Below, one piece after another: positions 29,865-40,200 of a stretch of DNA of 57,130 nucleotides. The position numbers and the translations under genes were made by a program. Position 1 is the first letter of the stretch. Every line of letters starts with the position of its first letter. Under the pieces are notes generated by a model that worked only from the letters and a program-made list of their open reading frames with translations, was not told where the DNA came from and ran no database searches. The stretch comes from Bacteroidia bacterium (GTDB lineage Bacteria > Bacteroidota > Bacteroidia > NS11-12g > UBA9320). The stretch covers positions 1 through 57,130 of the forward strand of contig JBLHHI010000003.1 of the NCBI GenBank assembly GCA_047614125.1, given 5' to 3'.

Positions 29865-31913
29865 ATGCGTTACACATTTTTATTCATAACCAGCTGTTCC
29901 ATAGCGTTGGCCACAATTGTTGGTTGCAATTCAGTGAATACTTCCAACAACGATTCGGAAACTACAAAGGCCTTCGACGTCCATGATATGGACTCCACAG
30001 CGCATGCCTGCGATGATTTTTACCAATACGCCATTGGTTCTTGGAGGAGTAACAACCCCGTACCTGAAACAGAAAGTAGATGGATGAGTTTTAATATTCT
30101 AGAAGAAGCAAACCGACAAAAGGTTCAATTAATTTTGGATGAAAATGCCAAAAATACTTCGGCCAAAGCAGGCACGGATGCACAACTTATTCGCGACTTT
30201 TATTTGTCGGCATTAGACAGCCTTGGTCGCCAAGAAAAAGGCCTTCCAATAGTTAAAACACTTTTGGTCGAAGCAGAAAAAGTTAAAACGATCAACGACT
30301 TAAATGCGGTATTTGCAAGCCTACGTCCTATGGGTGTAAGTGGCCCATTTGGTTTCTATGTTGGAAGAGATGATCAAAAAAGCGATCAGTACATTGCTCA
30401 TCTTTCTCAGGGTGGCCTGAGCTTGCCCGATCGAGACTATTACCTTAATACGGATAAAGATTTTGTAGATAAACGCGCTAAATACGTTGCTCATGTAAAC
30501 ACGGTATTTGCCTTGGTTGGCATGCCAAACCCAGAAGCTGGAAATATCGTTTTGGGCTTAGAGACCAAAATGGCCGAAGCTTCTTGGGATCGAGTTAAGC
30601 TGCGCGATCCAAACCTTACCTACAACAAAAAGGAGACTTCGAAATATGATGCCGAACTGGTAAACATTGATCTAAAATCCATGTTGAGCCAATTGGGTTT
30701 AAGTAAGGCCAACGAGCTTATTGTTGGTCAACCCAGCTACATTAAAGCGGTGGATGCTTTGCTAAAATTAGAAAGCATTGAAACTTGGAAAACCTATTTG
30801 AAATGGAAGATAGCAACCAGTTTTGCTGGCTCAACTACGGCTGCTTTAGAAAAAGTTGATTTCGATTTTTACAGCACGGTATTAAGCGGGGTGGATAAAA
30901 TGAAACCGCGCAGTGAAATGGTGCTGCGAACCATCAATGGTCAATTAGGTGAGCCGTTGGGTAAGCTCTTTGTTGAGAAACACTTTCCTGCTGAGTCAAA
31001 AGAATATATGTCGCGCATGATTGAAAACTTGCGCTCGGCGTACCGCGACCGAATAACTGCGTTAACTTGGATGGGAGATGATACGAAGGTTAAAGCGCTG
31101 AAAAAACTTGAGTCCTTTACCTATAAAATTGGCTACCCAGATAAATGGAAAGATTATTCTGGACTAAGTATTACGCCAAATGAATACTTGAATAATTTGA
31201 TAAATACAGCGGTGTATCGATTTAAAATGATGACGGATAAACTTGGACAGCCCATCGATAAGGATGAGTGGTTTATGACGCCCCAAATGGTAAATGCATA
31301 TTACGACAAGAGCGGAAATGAAATTGTATTCCCTGCTGGAATCTTGCAACCCCCATTCTTTCACCCCGATTTTGATGACGCCATTAACTATGGAGGTATT
31401 GGAGCGGTAATTGGGCATGAGTTTACCCATGGTTTTGATGACAAAGGCAGTCAGTATGATTGGGATGGAAATAAGAACAATTGGTGGACGAAAGCCGATC
31501 GAACGGCATTTGATGCGCTTACCAAAGCACTAAGCGCACAATACAGTTCGTACGAGCCCATGCCGGGCATGCACATAAACGGCGATATGACCTTGGGTGA
31601 AAACATTGCCGATTTAGGTGGATTAACCTTGGCCTATGCTGCCTTGCACAAAGAGATGGCCGGTAAAGCTCCAGAACCCATTGATGGATTTACCTGGCAG
31701 CAACGATTTTACCTTGGATGGGCAAATGTTTGGAAAGGAAACATAAAGGACGATGAAATGAAAAAGCGGCTGTTAACCGATAATCATTCGCCGGGACAGT
31801 ATCGTGTAAACGGAACGTTGGAAAATATTCCGGAGTTTAGAGAAGCTTTTAAATGTAAACAAGGCAATGGCTCGATGATTAAGCGAGACGAAGATGTTAT
31901 TCGGATTTGGTAG
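29865..31913 (+). CDS. M13 family (neprilysin/PepO-like) metallopeptidase, lipoprotein
   Basis: Lipobox IVGC, CDDFYQYA, VNAYY, HEFTH, GENIADLGG. Confidence 0.96.
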   Translation: MRYTFLFITSCSIALATIVGCNSVNTSNNDSETTKAFDVHDMDSTAHACDDFYQYAIGSWRSNNPVPETESRWMSFNILEEANRQKVQLILDENAKNTSAKAGTDAQLIRDFYLSALDSLGRQEKGLPIVKTLLVEAEKVKTINDLNAVFASLRPMGVSGPFGFYVGRDDQKSDQYIAHLSQGGLSLPDRDYYLNTDKDFVDKRAKYVAHVNTVFALVGMPNPEAGNIVLGLETKMAEASWDRVKLRDPNLTYNKKETSKYDAELVNIDLKSMLSQLGLSKANELIVGQPSYIKAVDALLKLESIETWKTYLKWKIATSFAGSTTAALEKVDFDFYSTVLSGVDKMKPRSEMVLRTINGQLGEPLGKLFVEKHFPAESKEYMSRMIENLRSAYRDRITALTWMGDDTKVKALKKLESFTYKIGYPDKWKDYSGLSITPNEYLNNLINTAVYRFKMMTDKLGQPIDKDEWFMTPQMVNAYYDKSGNEIVFPAGILQPPFFHPDFDDAINYGGIGAVIGHEFTHGFDDKGSQYDWDGNKNNWWTKADRTAFDALTKALSAQYSSYEPMPGMHINGDMTLGENIADLGGLTLAYAALHKEMAGKAPEPIDGFTWQQRFYLGWANVWKGNIKDDEMKKRLLTDNHSPGQYRVNGTLENIPEFREAFKCKQGNGSMIKRDEDVIRIW

Positions 31914-32015
31914 GAATTGCTGACTTTGGTCTATTGTTATTATTCAGATTTGTAGTTAAATAAATAGAACGGCCGAGCGCAACAACCTAGCTTTGCGCCC
32001 GATATTAATAAGTGT

Positions 32016-32336
32016 ATGATAAAATTTTTTAATTCCAACATCGGCCGACTGCGACTGATGGCTTTTTTAGAGGGAATGAGTTTTTTAGTGTTGTTGTTTG
32101 TTGGTGTTCCACTAAAACATATGTACGGCAACCCCGCAATAAATGAAGTACTTGGACCCATTCACGGCGCTTTTTTTGTTATCTATGTTATAAACACTTT
32201 TTCGGTGGCATCGGATGCAAATTGGTCCTTTTCCAAAACCACGCTTAAAGTATTGGCTGCCAGCATTATCCCTTTTGGAACCTTTTACGTCGATCATAAG
32301 ATTTTAGCTCCAACACACAAAGAATACTTGGCGTAA
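32016..32336 (+). CDS. DUF3817 membrane protein
   Basis: AFLEGMSFLVLLF...PLK, GPIHG, ASIIPFGTF; TAGCTTTG box at 31988. Confidence 0.88.
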   Translation: MIKFFNSNIGRLRLMAFLEGMSFLVLLFVGVPLKHMYGNPAINEVLGPIHGAFFVIYVINTFSVASDANWSFSKTTLKVLAASIIPFGTFYVDHKILAPTHKEYLA

Positions 32337-32352
32337 AGTTTTCGAGTAAAAA

Positions 32353-33738
32353 TTACGCACCGCCGGGCAGCTGTAACATTTCGTCGCGGCTTCTAAAATT
32401 TTGCCGAGGTTGATCGTGGGCCTTTACATAAACCCATTCCAAAAAATTAAATTGATCCATCGTATTCTCTGCGTTTTTCCAATCCAGCGCATCTTTTTTG
32501 TCGATTAAGGCAACAATGGGATGTTTCCCAGACATCTCGCTCGTGCCCCACATCTTGGGTTTAATTAAATACGTTTCATACCCTGACCTTTCGTCCGATT
32601 CGTACAATCGGATTTCGTAATACACTTCATCAAACATTAAAAAGGCTAGGTCGGACACGTAGGCAAGGGTAGAACCAGCTAAGCCAGAAGAGCGAGATGA
32701 GACTGGGTGAATGGTAATAAACTCATCCCAAAACTTATTCATTACCGCTTCTTCGTGGCCGCTGCCTTTTACTTGAATACGGAAGGTTGATGCGCCGGTT
32801 AAAAAATTAAATGCACCCAACGTAAAAGGCAATTCAACCCGAAACTTAAACCACCTACCCAGTATGAGTTTAAATCGCGCCAGTCGAACACAAATGATAA
32901 TAAAGATCATTCCAAAGCTGAGCAGGTTGGCAAAAATCATGGCAATTGCTTTTACAGGGCCATCCACCTGCCATTGCACAATTAATTGCAATCCAACCAC
33001 AATTAAGTAATATGCAAGGAGCCGAAAGGCCAGCGGTGGTGGGTCAATGCTTTGTTTATAGCTGAAGTACGACGAATTGTTCAACGCGTTGTTCATGATG
33101 GCGGCAAACCACGAAACCGTTATGAAGAAGTAAAAAAGGGTAAGCATAAAGCCGCCTTCAATCCACAACCAATAGTCGTATATGCCATGTGAAATTACGG
33201 CCAGCGCAAAGAATCCAACATAAATTAGCGGTGAATATTTTTTAGGATGGAATCGATGTAAAACGAAGGCATAGGCTATTAAACAAGAATCGAACATATG
33301 GCTCACCGAAGTGAGGACCGCACGCCCGGTAATTATTCCGGGACCTCGAGACAAGAAATACATCACGTTTTCGGTTGCTGAAAAACCCAGCGCTATGACG
33401 GCCATAAAGGCAATGTAGTCGATGGGTTCTCGAAATTGATTTCGGAAAGCGCCTAGGATCAATAAAAAAGCAGAGAACTTAAGCAACTCCTCCCATACAG
33501 AAACTTGATAAAAATAGAACAAGATGTTATTCGACCAATCCGTGTTTTCAACAAAGGGGAAGAAGGTGGGAACTGTTTTATGCAAGAGAAGAAGCACAAA
33601 CGGCGCACATGCTCCCAAGGCAAAGCTGGGTATAAGATAAATGAGCTTGGTTTTATCATAAATGTCAATTAATCGGAAGTAATCCAGCCAAATCCAAGCA
33701 ATGAATAAGGCAATAAACACATAGGCAGCTTCGATCAT
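32353..33738 (-). CDS. PrsW family intramembrane glutamic metalloprotease with C-terminal extension
   Basis: WEELLK, LGFSATEN, R.....SH, HGIYD motifs. Confidence 0.9.
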   Translation of the reverse strand: MIEAAYVFIALFIAWIWLDYFRLIDIYDKTKLIYLIPSFALGACAPFVLLLLHKTVPTFFPFVENTDWSNNILFYFYQVSVWEELLKFSAFLLILGAFRNQFREPIDYIAFMAVIALGFSATENVMYFLSRGPGIITGRAVLTSVSHMFDSCLIAYAFVLHRFHPKKYSPLIYVGFFALAVISHGIYDYWLWIEGGFMLTLFYFFITVSWFAAIMNNALNNSSYFSYKQSIDPPPLAFRLLAYYLIVVGLQLIVQWQVDGPVKAIAMIFANLLSFGMIFIIICVRLARFKLILGRWFKFRVELPFTLGAFNFLTGASTFRIQVKGSGHEEAVMNKFWDEFITIHPVSSRSSGLAGSTLAYVSDLAFLMFDEVYYEIRLYESDERSGYETYLIKPKMWGTSEMSGKHPIVALIDKKDALDWKNAENTMDQFNFLEWVYVKAHDQPRQNFRSRDEMLQLPGGA

Positions 33739-34790
33739 TGCCGAAATATACAAACTTGTTTTAAAGTTGAAGGCAGCATGGATTAATCTTTTGAAATTCC
33801 TATGCTAAACTATCCGTAGTCTGAGGGGCTGGATTGTGTGCTGAGACTACGGATGTTAAATATTAATCCGTAGTCCCCATCGCTTATGCCTGGCTTCAGA
33901 CTACGGATAGAGTTTTGTGCGGCAATGACTACGGATCTTGTTTTAATTAATCCGTAGTCCCCATCGCGATAGCCTAGCTACAGACTACGGATAGTCATGA
34001 AAGGAACGATCATTACGGAAAGATACAAACTTGTGTTAAAGTTGAAGGCAATGTTGCTTAATTTTTTGAATTTCTTATGCTAAACTATCCGTAGTCTGAG
34101 GGGCTGGATTGCGTGCTGCGACTGCGGATCTTGTTAAATTTCATCCGTAGTCCCCGTCGCTTAAGCCTAGCTTCAGACTACGGATAGAGTTTTGTGCGGC
34201 AATGACTACGGATCTTGTTTTAATTAATCCGTAGTCTCCATCGCGATAGCCTAGCTACAGACTACGGATAGTCATGAAAGGAACGATCATTACGGGAATA
34301 TACAAACATGATTTAAAGTTGAAGGCAGCGCGGATTAAACTTTTGAAATTCCTATGCTAAACTATCCGTAGTCTGAGGGGCTGGGTTGCGGGCTGCGACT
34401 ACGGATCTTGTTAATAACTACAGATCTTGTTTTAATTAATCCGTAGTCCCCATCGCTTATGCCAAGCTTCAGACTACGGATAGAGTTTTGTGCGGCAATG
34501 ACTACAGATCTTGTTTTAATTCATCCGTAGTCCCCGTCGCTTAAGCCTAGCTACAGACTACGGATAGTCATGAAAGGAACGATCATTACGGAAAGATACA
34601 AACTTGTGTTAAAGTTGAAGGCAATGTTGCTTAATTTTTTGAATTTCTTATGCTAAACTATCCGTAGTCTGAGGGGCTGGATTGTGTGCTGAGACTGCGG
34701 ATGTTAAATATTCATCCGTAGTCCCCATCGCGATAGCCTAGCTACAGACTACGGATAGTCATTGCGGGAAAGACAAACTTGTTTTAAACT
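33732..34790. repeat. Complex tandem array of palindromic 43-bp modules
   Basis: Units start at 33732, 34007, 34284 and 34580 (periods 275/277/296; unit 4 truncated; remnant at 34759); 11 ATCCGTAGTC and 15 GACTACGGAT-like copies. Confidence 0.97.
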
Positions 34791-34849
34791 TGCTCAAAAA
34801 GAATGACCGAAGTCGGATATCTTGGTTCAAAAAAATTAATAAAGCTAAT

Positions 34850-34857
34850 TAACTTTG
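34850..34857 (+). promoter_or_regulatory. -7 promoter box TAACTTTG, 4 nt before the ATG
   Basis: Exact TAnnTTTG consensus. Confidence 0.65.
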
Positions 34858-34861
34858 CACC

Positions 34862-36166
34862 ATGCTTAGAACAGTATTAACCCTTTCTCTTTTTCTTTCA
34901 GTTTCATGGCGCATTTTTTGTTTTGCGAGCCCCGACACTATTCGAGTAATGCATTATAACTTGTTGAATTATCGAAATACAACGGGTCAATGCACAAACT
35001 CCACCAACAACCCTGATGATAAAGATGGATACCTCAGCACCATCGTTCATTCCGTTATGCCGGACGTGATTACCGTAAATGAAATGGGTGCCCATTGGCT
35101 CAATCCAAACAAAATATTAACCAATGCTTTGAATGTGGATGGAGTTACGCATTTTGACCAAATGGAGTTTACCAACAACAGCTTTTCGAGCTTAACCAAC
35201 ATGCTTTTCTTTAACACCGAAAAGCTGGTTAAACACAAACAAGAAGTAATTGGGAAATCGATTGGAGGGCAAGAGCTGGTTCGGGTTACTGACGTTTATA
35301 CGCTGTATTACAAAGATGAAATTGCCTTACTACGAGGCGATACAACCTTTCTTACCTTTATGGTAGTTCATTTAAAGGCTGGAAGCGGTTCGGACGACAA
35401 GGTGGAACGTGCGCTTCAAACCGAAGCCATCATGGACTTTGTTGAAAAAAACAAAACGATTGAGAACTATTTCATCTGTGGCGATTTTAACATCCAAACT
35501 CACAGCGAGGCTTGTTACAAAAACATGGTTTCACATTCGGATGTGAACATAAAGTTCATTGATCCGATTGATGCGGCGGGTAGCTGGAACAACAATTCGA
35601 ATTATGCCAATGTTCATACGCAATCCACCCATGTAACCGACACCAGAGGAGGCTGCTTTAGCAGTGGAGGAATGGACGACCGCTTTGATTTTGTGCTGTG
35701 CGGGAAAGAAGTGATGGACAACAAATACGGGGTTCAATTGGTACTAGGAAGTTACAAAGCCTTGGGTCAAGACAGCCGCCGATTTAATGGTGATATGAGT
35801 TCTCCAGATAACAGCCTTGTGTCAAAAACGGTTTCCAACGCCCTTTATAATATGTCGGATCACTTACCCGTGTTGGTGGATGTGGCTATTGATCAAAAAG
35901 GCTTGGGTGTTGATGGACTCAGTGCACAGAGGGTATTGTTTACCATTCAGAAGGCGGATGAAATCAAGGTTTTTTGGAAGAATGTGAAAATAAGCAAGTT
36001 GGAGGTGGTAGACATGACACTTAAAAGTGTATATGTAAACGAACAAATCGGGGAACATACAGAACAAGTTATTTCGAAAAACACACTTTCTCCCGGCACC
36101 TATATTATCTTTGCCACCGATCAAAACAACGCAGTTTACCAAAGAAAAATAATACTTACACGGTAA
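34862..36166 (+). CDS. Secreted endonuclease/exonuclease/phosphatase (EEP) family protein with probable T9SS C-terminal domain
   Basis: MHYNLL, PDVITVNE, VHLKAG, CGDFN, RFDF, SDHLPV; tail LSPGTYII...RKIILTR. Confidence 0.88.
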   Translation: MLRTVLTLSLFLSVSWRIFCFASPDTIRVMHYNLLNYRNTTGQCTNSTNNPDDKDGYLSTIVHSVMPDVITVNEMGAHWLNPNKILTNALNVDGVTHFDQMEFTNNSFSSLTNMLFFNTEKLVKHKQEVIGKSIGGQELVRVTDVYTLYYKDEIALLRGDTTFLTFMVVHLKAGSGSDDKVERALQTEAIMDFVEKNKTIENYFICGDFNIQTHSEACYKNMVSHSDVNIKFIDPIDAAGSWNNNSNYANVHTQSTHVTDTRGGCFSSGGMDDRFDFVLCGKEVMDNKYGVQLVLGSYKALGQDSRRFNGDMSSPDNSLVSKTVSNALYNMSDHLPVLVDVAIDQKGLGVDGLSAQRVLFTIQKADEIKVFWKNVKISKLEVVDMTLKSVYVNEQIGEHTEQVISKNTLSPGTYIIFATDQNNAVYQRKIILTR

Positions 36167-36175
36167 ATTAATAGC

Positions 36176-37111
36176 TTGAACGGCGCGCCAATTTTTTATG
36201 CAAGAACGGCTCTTACCTTGAGCCTAACAATTTGTTTTGCCATTGCGCAATCGGTGTTTGCGCAGCATAAAAGCTATCAAAAACCAAAGTATGAGTATGT
36301 ATATTCGGCCGGTCTATCAATCTATTTTGGAGATTTGGCCGGTGCATCGATAGGCGCTACAACCATTCCGTTATATCCCGACAGCGATCTATCACATGCA
36401 CGATCGATGGTTCTGTTTGGCATCCGGAAAAATATTTCACATCGGTTGGCACTGCGAGGCAGCTTAAGTGCAACCACTTTGTTTGCAGATGAAAGAAACT
36501 CTGCGTCCTCTATAAGGGCCGAACGAAACCTTCATTTTAGAACTTCGATTCAAGAATTGAGCGGTTTAGTGGAATACAATCTTATAAACTTTGCGAAGAA
36601 CAAAAACAACTTCATATTGGAGTATTATGTTTTTGGAGGATTGGGCCTCTTCCATTTTAACCCAAAAGCAAAGTATAAAGATGAATGGGTACGCCTCCAG
36701 CCTCTGGGTACGGAGGGACAGGGCGTTAAGCCAGGACTTAAAAAGTACCGAACGGTGGCCTTTTCCTTTCCAATTGGAGCGGGTTTGCGTGCAAACCTAA
36801 ACCAAGAGTGGACTATTTTTGGTGAGCTGAGCTTTAGGGCAACCGCCACAGATTATTTGGATGATGTGAGCACCGTTTATTATGAGTACAACAAGATTTA
36901 TCAGGCACATGGTAGAACCGCTGCTGATTTAAGTTATCGTGGAAATGAAGTATCGTATCCAACCAATGTTCCAAGAGGTAATCCAGAAAGCAAAGACAGC
37001 TATGCCAGCCTTACCTTAGGGGTGTCGAAAATGTTTGGGTCTAAACGAGTTAAGAGTACTTGGCAAACAAAAGCCACACAGTCTCAAACCGATAATTGTC
37101 CGAGATTTTAG
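36176..37111 (+). CDS. Outer-membrane beta-barrel protein (DUF6089/PorG-like)
   Basis: YFGDL, RNLHFRTSI.E, FNPKA..LQPLGTEGQG, TDYLDDVS, RGNP..KD.Y, C-terminal CPRF. Confidence 0.82.
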   Translation: MNGAPIFYARTALTLSLTICFAIAQSVFAQHKSYQKPKYEYVYSAGLSIYFGDLAGASIGATTIPLYPDSDLSHARSMVLFGIRKNISHRLALRGSLSATTLFADERNSASSIRAERNLHFRTSIQELSGLVEYNLINFAKNKNNFILEYYVFGGLGLFHFNPKAKYKDEWVRLQPLGTEGQGVKPGLKKYRTVAFSFPIGAGLRANLNQEWTIFGELSFRATATDYLDDVSTVYYEYNKIYQAHGRTAADLSYRGNEVSYPTNVPRGNPESKDSYASLTLGVSKMFGSKRVKSTWQTKATQSQTDNCPRF

Positions 37112-37252
37112 GCCCATCGAGCGTTGATATTTTTAGGAATTGCGAAAAATACCCCAAGTCCAGCGAAAAATAAAATACCATCTACTCATTCTACCTAGTC
37201 CAAATTAAAACAAGGGCATAGCCATAAACTTGAATCAAATAATAATTTTATT

Positions 37253-40200
37253 ATGATTCAACGAACACCTCTCTTATCGACCCTGTTTCTTTTGGTTTTT
37301 GCAACAGCATTAACCTCTTGTCACAAACGAAACACCAGTATTCCGGTGTATGACCCAGAATTTGTTCATCACATCTCGGCATTTACTTCGGGTGTTGTGT
37401 CTAAAAATCAGGTTATTACAATTGTTTTAAAGGATGCTATTGACCCCACAAAGGTTAAGCCGTCTGATTTGCAAAACGTGTTTGAGTTCTCGCCTCCAAT
37501 AAAAGGGTTAGCACGGTGGAATGATGAACGAACCATTTCATTCACGCCGTCGGAGCCGTTGAGCCGAGGAACGATTTATATGACCGTGTTTAATTTAGGT
37601 AAACTAAAAAAAGTACAGGCCAACCTTAAAAAATTTCCGTTTCGATTTGAAACCAAGAAACCGGGAATCTGGCTTGGAAGCTTGAATGCTCAAACCTACC
37701 CGGATCAAAATTACCGACTCAAGTTTGTTGAATGCAACGTTTCTGTTAATGATGTGGAAGATTTAGAATTGGTAAAGAGCTGCATTACCGCTAATTACCA
37801 AGGAAAACCCTTTCCATTTTCACTCAAAAGCTCGGGTGCGCTTCAGTATGTGCTTCGTATGGACAGCTTGCCTAGAGGAGAAGAAAACAGGAAGGCAGAA
37901 CTCGCAGTAAGTGCTAAACCAATGGGCGGTAACCATACTTTTTCGAAGGCAGTAATTGTACATGGTTTGGGCAACTTTAGAGTAACCACCATACAAGTTG
38001 AAAACGAACCTGACCAAAAAGTACATGTATATTTTTCGGATAATATTGCAGAAACACAGAACCTACAAGGCTTGCTAAAAATTGATGATAAACCCATTAC
38101 GCAATTTTCGTTGAATGGAAACAAGCTAACCTTTTTCCCAGAAAACCGACTGGTGGGTCAACACAACATCCAATGTGCCGCTTCCATTCGCAACTACGCA
38201 GGTTTTAATATTAAAAAAGATCATGTTCAAAGCGTAAACTTTCAACGTCCAAAGCCTAAATTAAGATTGGTTGGAAATGGCACCATTGTGCCAGGTGCTA
38301 AAGGGGTGGTTTTTCCGTTTGAAGCCATGGGCCTAAAAGCCGTAGATGTTTGGATTTATCAAATTCACGAAAAAAATATTCCGCAGTTTCTTCAAATCAG
38401 TGATTTGGAGGGCAGTAGAGAATTGTCGAGAGTTGGTTCCTTGGTGTACAACGGCAAGGTTGATTTGGCACAAAACAAAAAGCCCATTGAAACGGATTGG
38501 AATCGATACACCTTGAATCTAAACACGTGGTTAAAAAAAGAACCCGGTGCAATATATCGAGTGCTTTTGGGTTTTCGGCAAAGCTATACGTATTGGGAAT
38601 GTGAAGATGAAGATGAAGATGAAGTTGAAGGTGAAGGTGACGATGAAGAGGAGGGATCAAATGACATGGGAACTTCGGATCGTGGATTGTTTTACGATTA
38701 TTACAACAACAGCCTCGACAACTTAAACTCATCTCCGTGCAATTCGAGCTTTTATTATCGCAGTTCCATTTGCCGAAATATTTTGGCTTCCGATGTTGGC
38801 ATCATTGCAAAGCAGGGCAAAGACGGAATTACGCATTTGATAGCCAGTAACTTACTAAGTTCAGAACCACTTGCAAATGCTAAGGTAACTTACTACAGCT
38901 ACAACAATCAGGTTATTACAACTACCTATGCCGATGAAAAGGGTATGATCTCTTCAAAGCTGAAGGTGCAGCCTTATCTGGTGGTGGTTACTTCTGGAAA
39001 TCAACGCGGCTACCTCAAATTGGGAGATGGAAGAGCCAATTCCACATCCACCTTTGATGTGGAAGGTTTAAACATGGAGTCGGGGATAGATGGAAAGATT
39101 TATACCGAACGCGGCGTATGGAGACCCGGCGATAGCATGTACATCTGTTTTACGCTTTTTGACCGAGAACGAGTTCTGCCATCAAATGTTCCAGTTCGAT
39201 TTACCTTAGAAAATCCGCAAGGCCAAAAGGTTTCAACCATGGTTAAAACAAGCTCGGTTGGTGATGTATACGACTTTAGAGCGGCAACCGATCACGATGC
39301 GGTAACCGGAAATTACCGAGCCATAGTTCAAGTTGGCGATAATGCCTATTACAAAACAATTGCCGTGGAAACCGTACAACCCAATCGATTAAAAATCAGG
39401 TTGGAATCGAGCGATAGCCTTTTGAGTCTGCATCATCCCAACAAGCTAACATTAAGCGCGGCATGGTTGCATGGAGCTCCGGCAAACGGTTTAGATTATA
39501 ACATTCAAGCTCGTTTGCGCAGCACAAAAACTCAATTTAAGGGCTATGAAGCATATACCTTCGAAGACCATTTAAAGGAGTCTACTTTTCATGAAATGAT
39601 CGTTGCAACTGGAAAGCTGGATGATGCCAGCACCGCCGAAATAGAACCCACTTTTGAGTTGAACCAGAAAATATCGGGGATGTTAAAGGTTGACTTCATT
39701 ACTAAAGTTTTTGAAAAAAGCGGAAATTTTAGCACAGATCAAGGCAGCTATCAGCTCAGTCCGTATACTTCGTATATTGGGATTAAAAGTCCCAAAACAA
39801 CGGCGCAAGACAACAGCTTGGAGACGGATAAGGCGCACCGGTTCGAAATCGTTAATCTCTCGGATAAGGGAAAAGTCGTGCCCAAGGGTAAGGTTGGCAT
39901 TCGCGTATATAGAATGTCGTGGAGGTGGTGGTGGGATAATCACAACGATGTTGCCAGCTACATGCAATCCAATACCTTACTTCCGTTGCTCGACAGCAGC
40001 ATTTCGGTACACCAAGGCAAAGGCCACATTGATTTTAAAATGCCATATCCAAACTGGGGCCGCTTTTTAATGGTGGTTACCGATCCCATTTCAGGTCATA
40101 CTTCCACCAAGCTTTTTTATGTGGATTGGCCATATTGGAGACGCTCAAATAGAGGTGCTCAAGAGCAAGCGAACACCATTGCCCTCACCTCCAATAAATC

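Noticed and set aside
33732-34790. CRISPR array or TIGR-like guide array
   Set aside because: The intervening sequences recur (two core classes) instead of being unique spacers, repeats occur in both orientations, and no cas or Nop-domain gene is recognisable nearby
33760-34790. Repetitive protein-coding ORF within the array
   Set aside because: No ORF of 60 aa or more in the track; frames I read through the modules hit stops (e.g. ACT ACG GAT GTT AAA TAT TAA)
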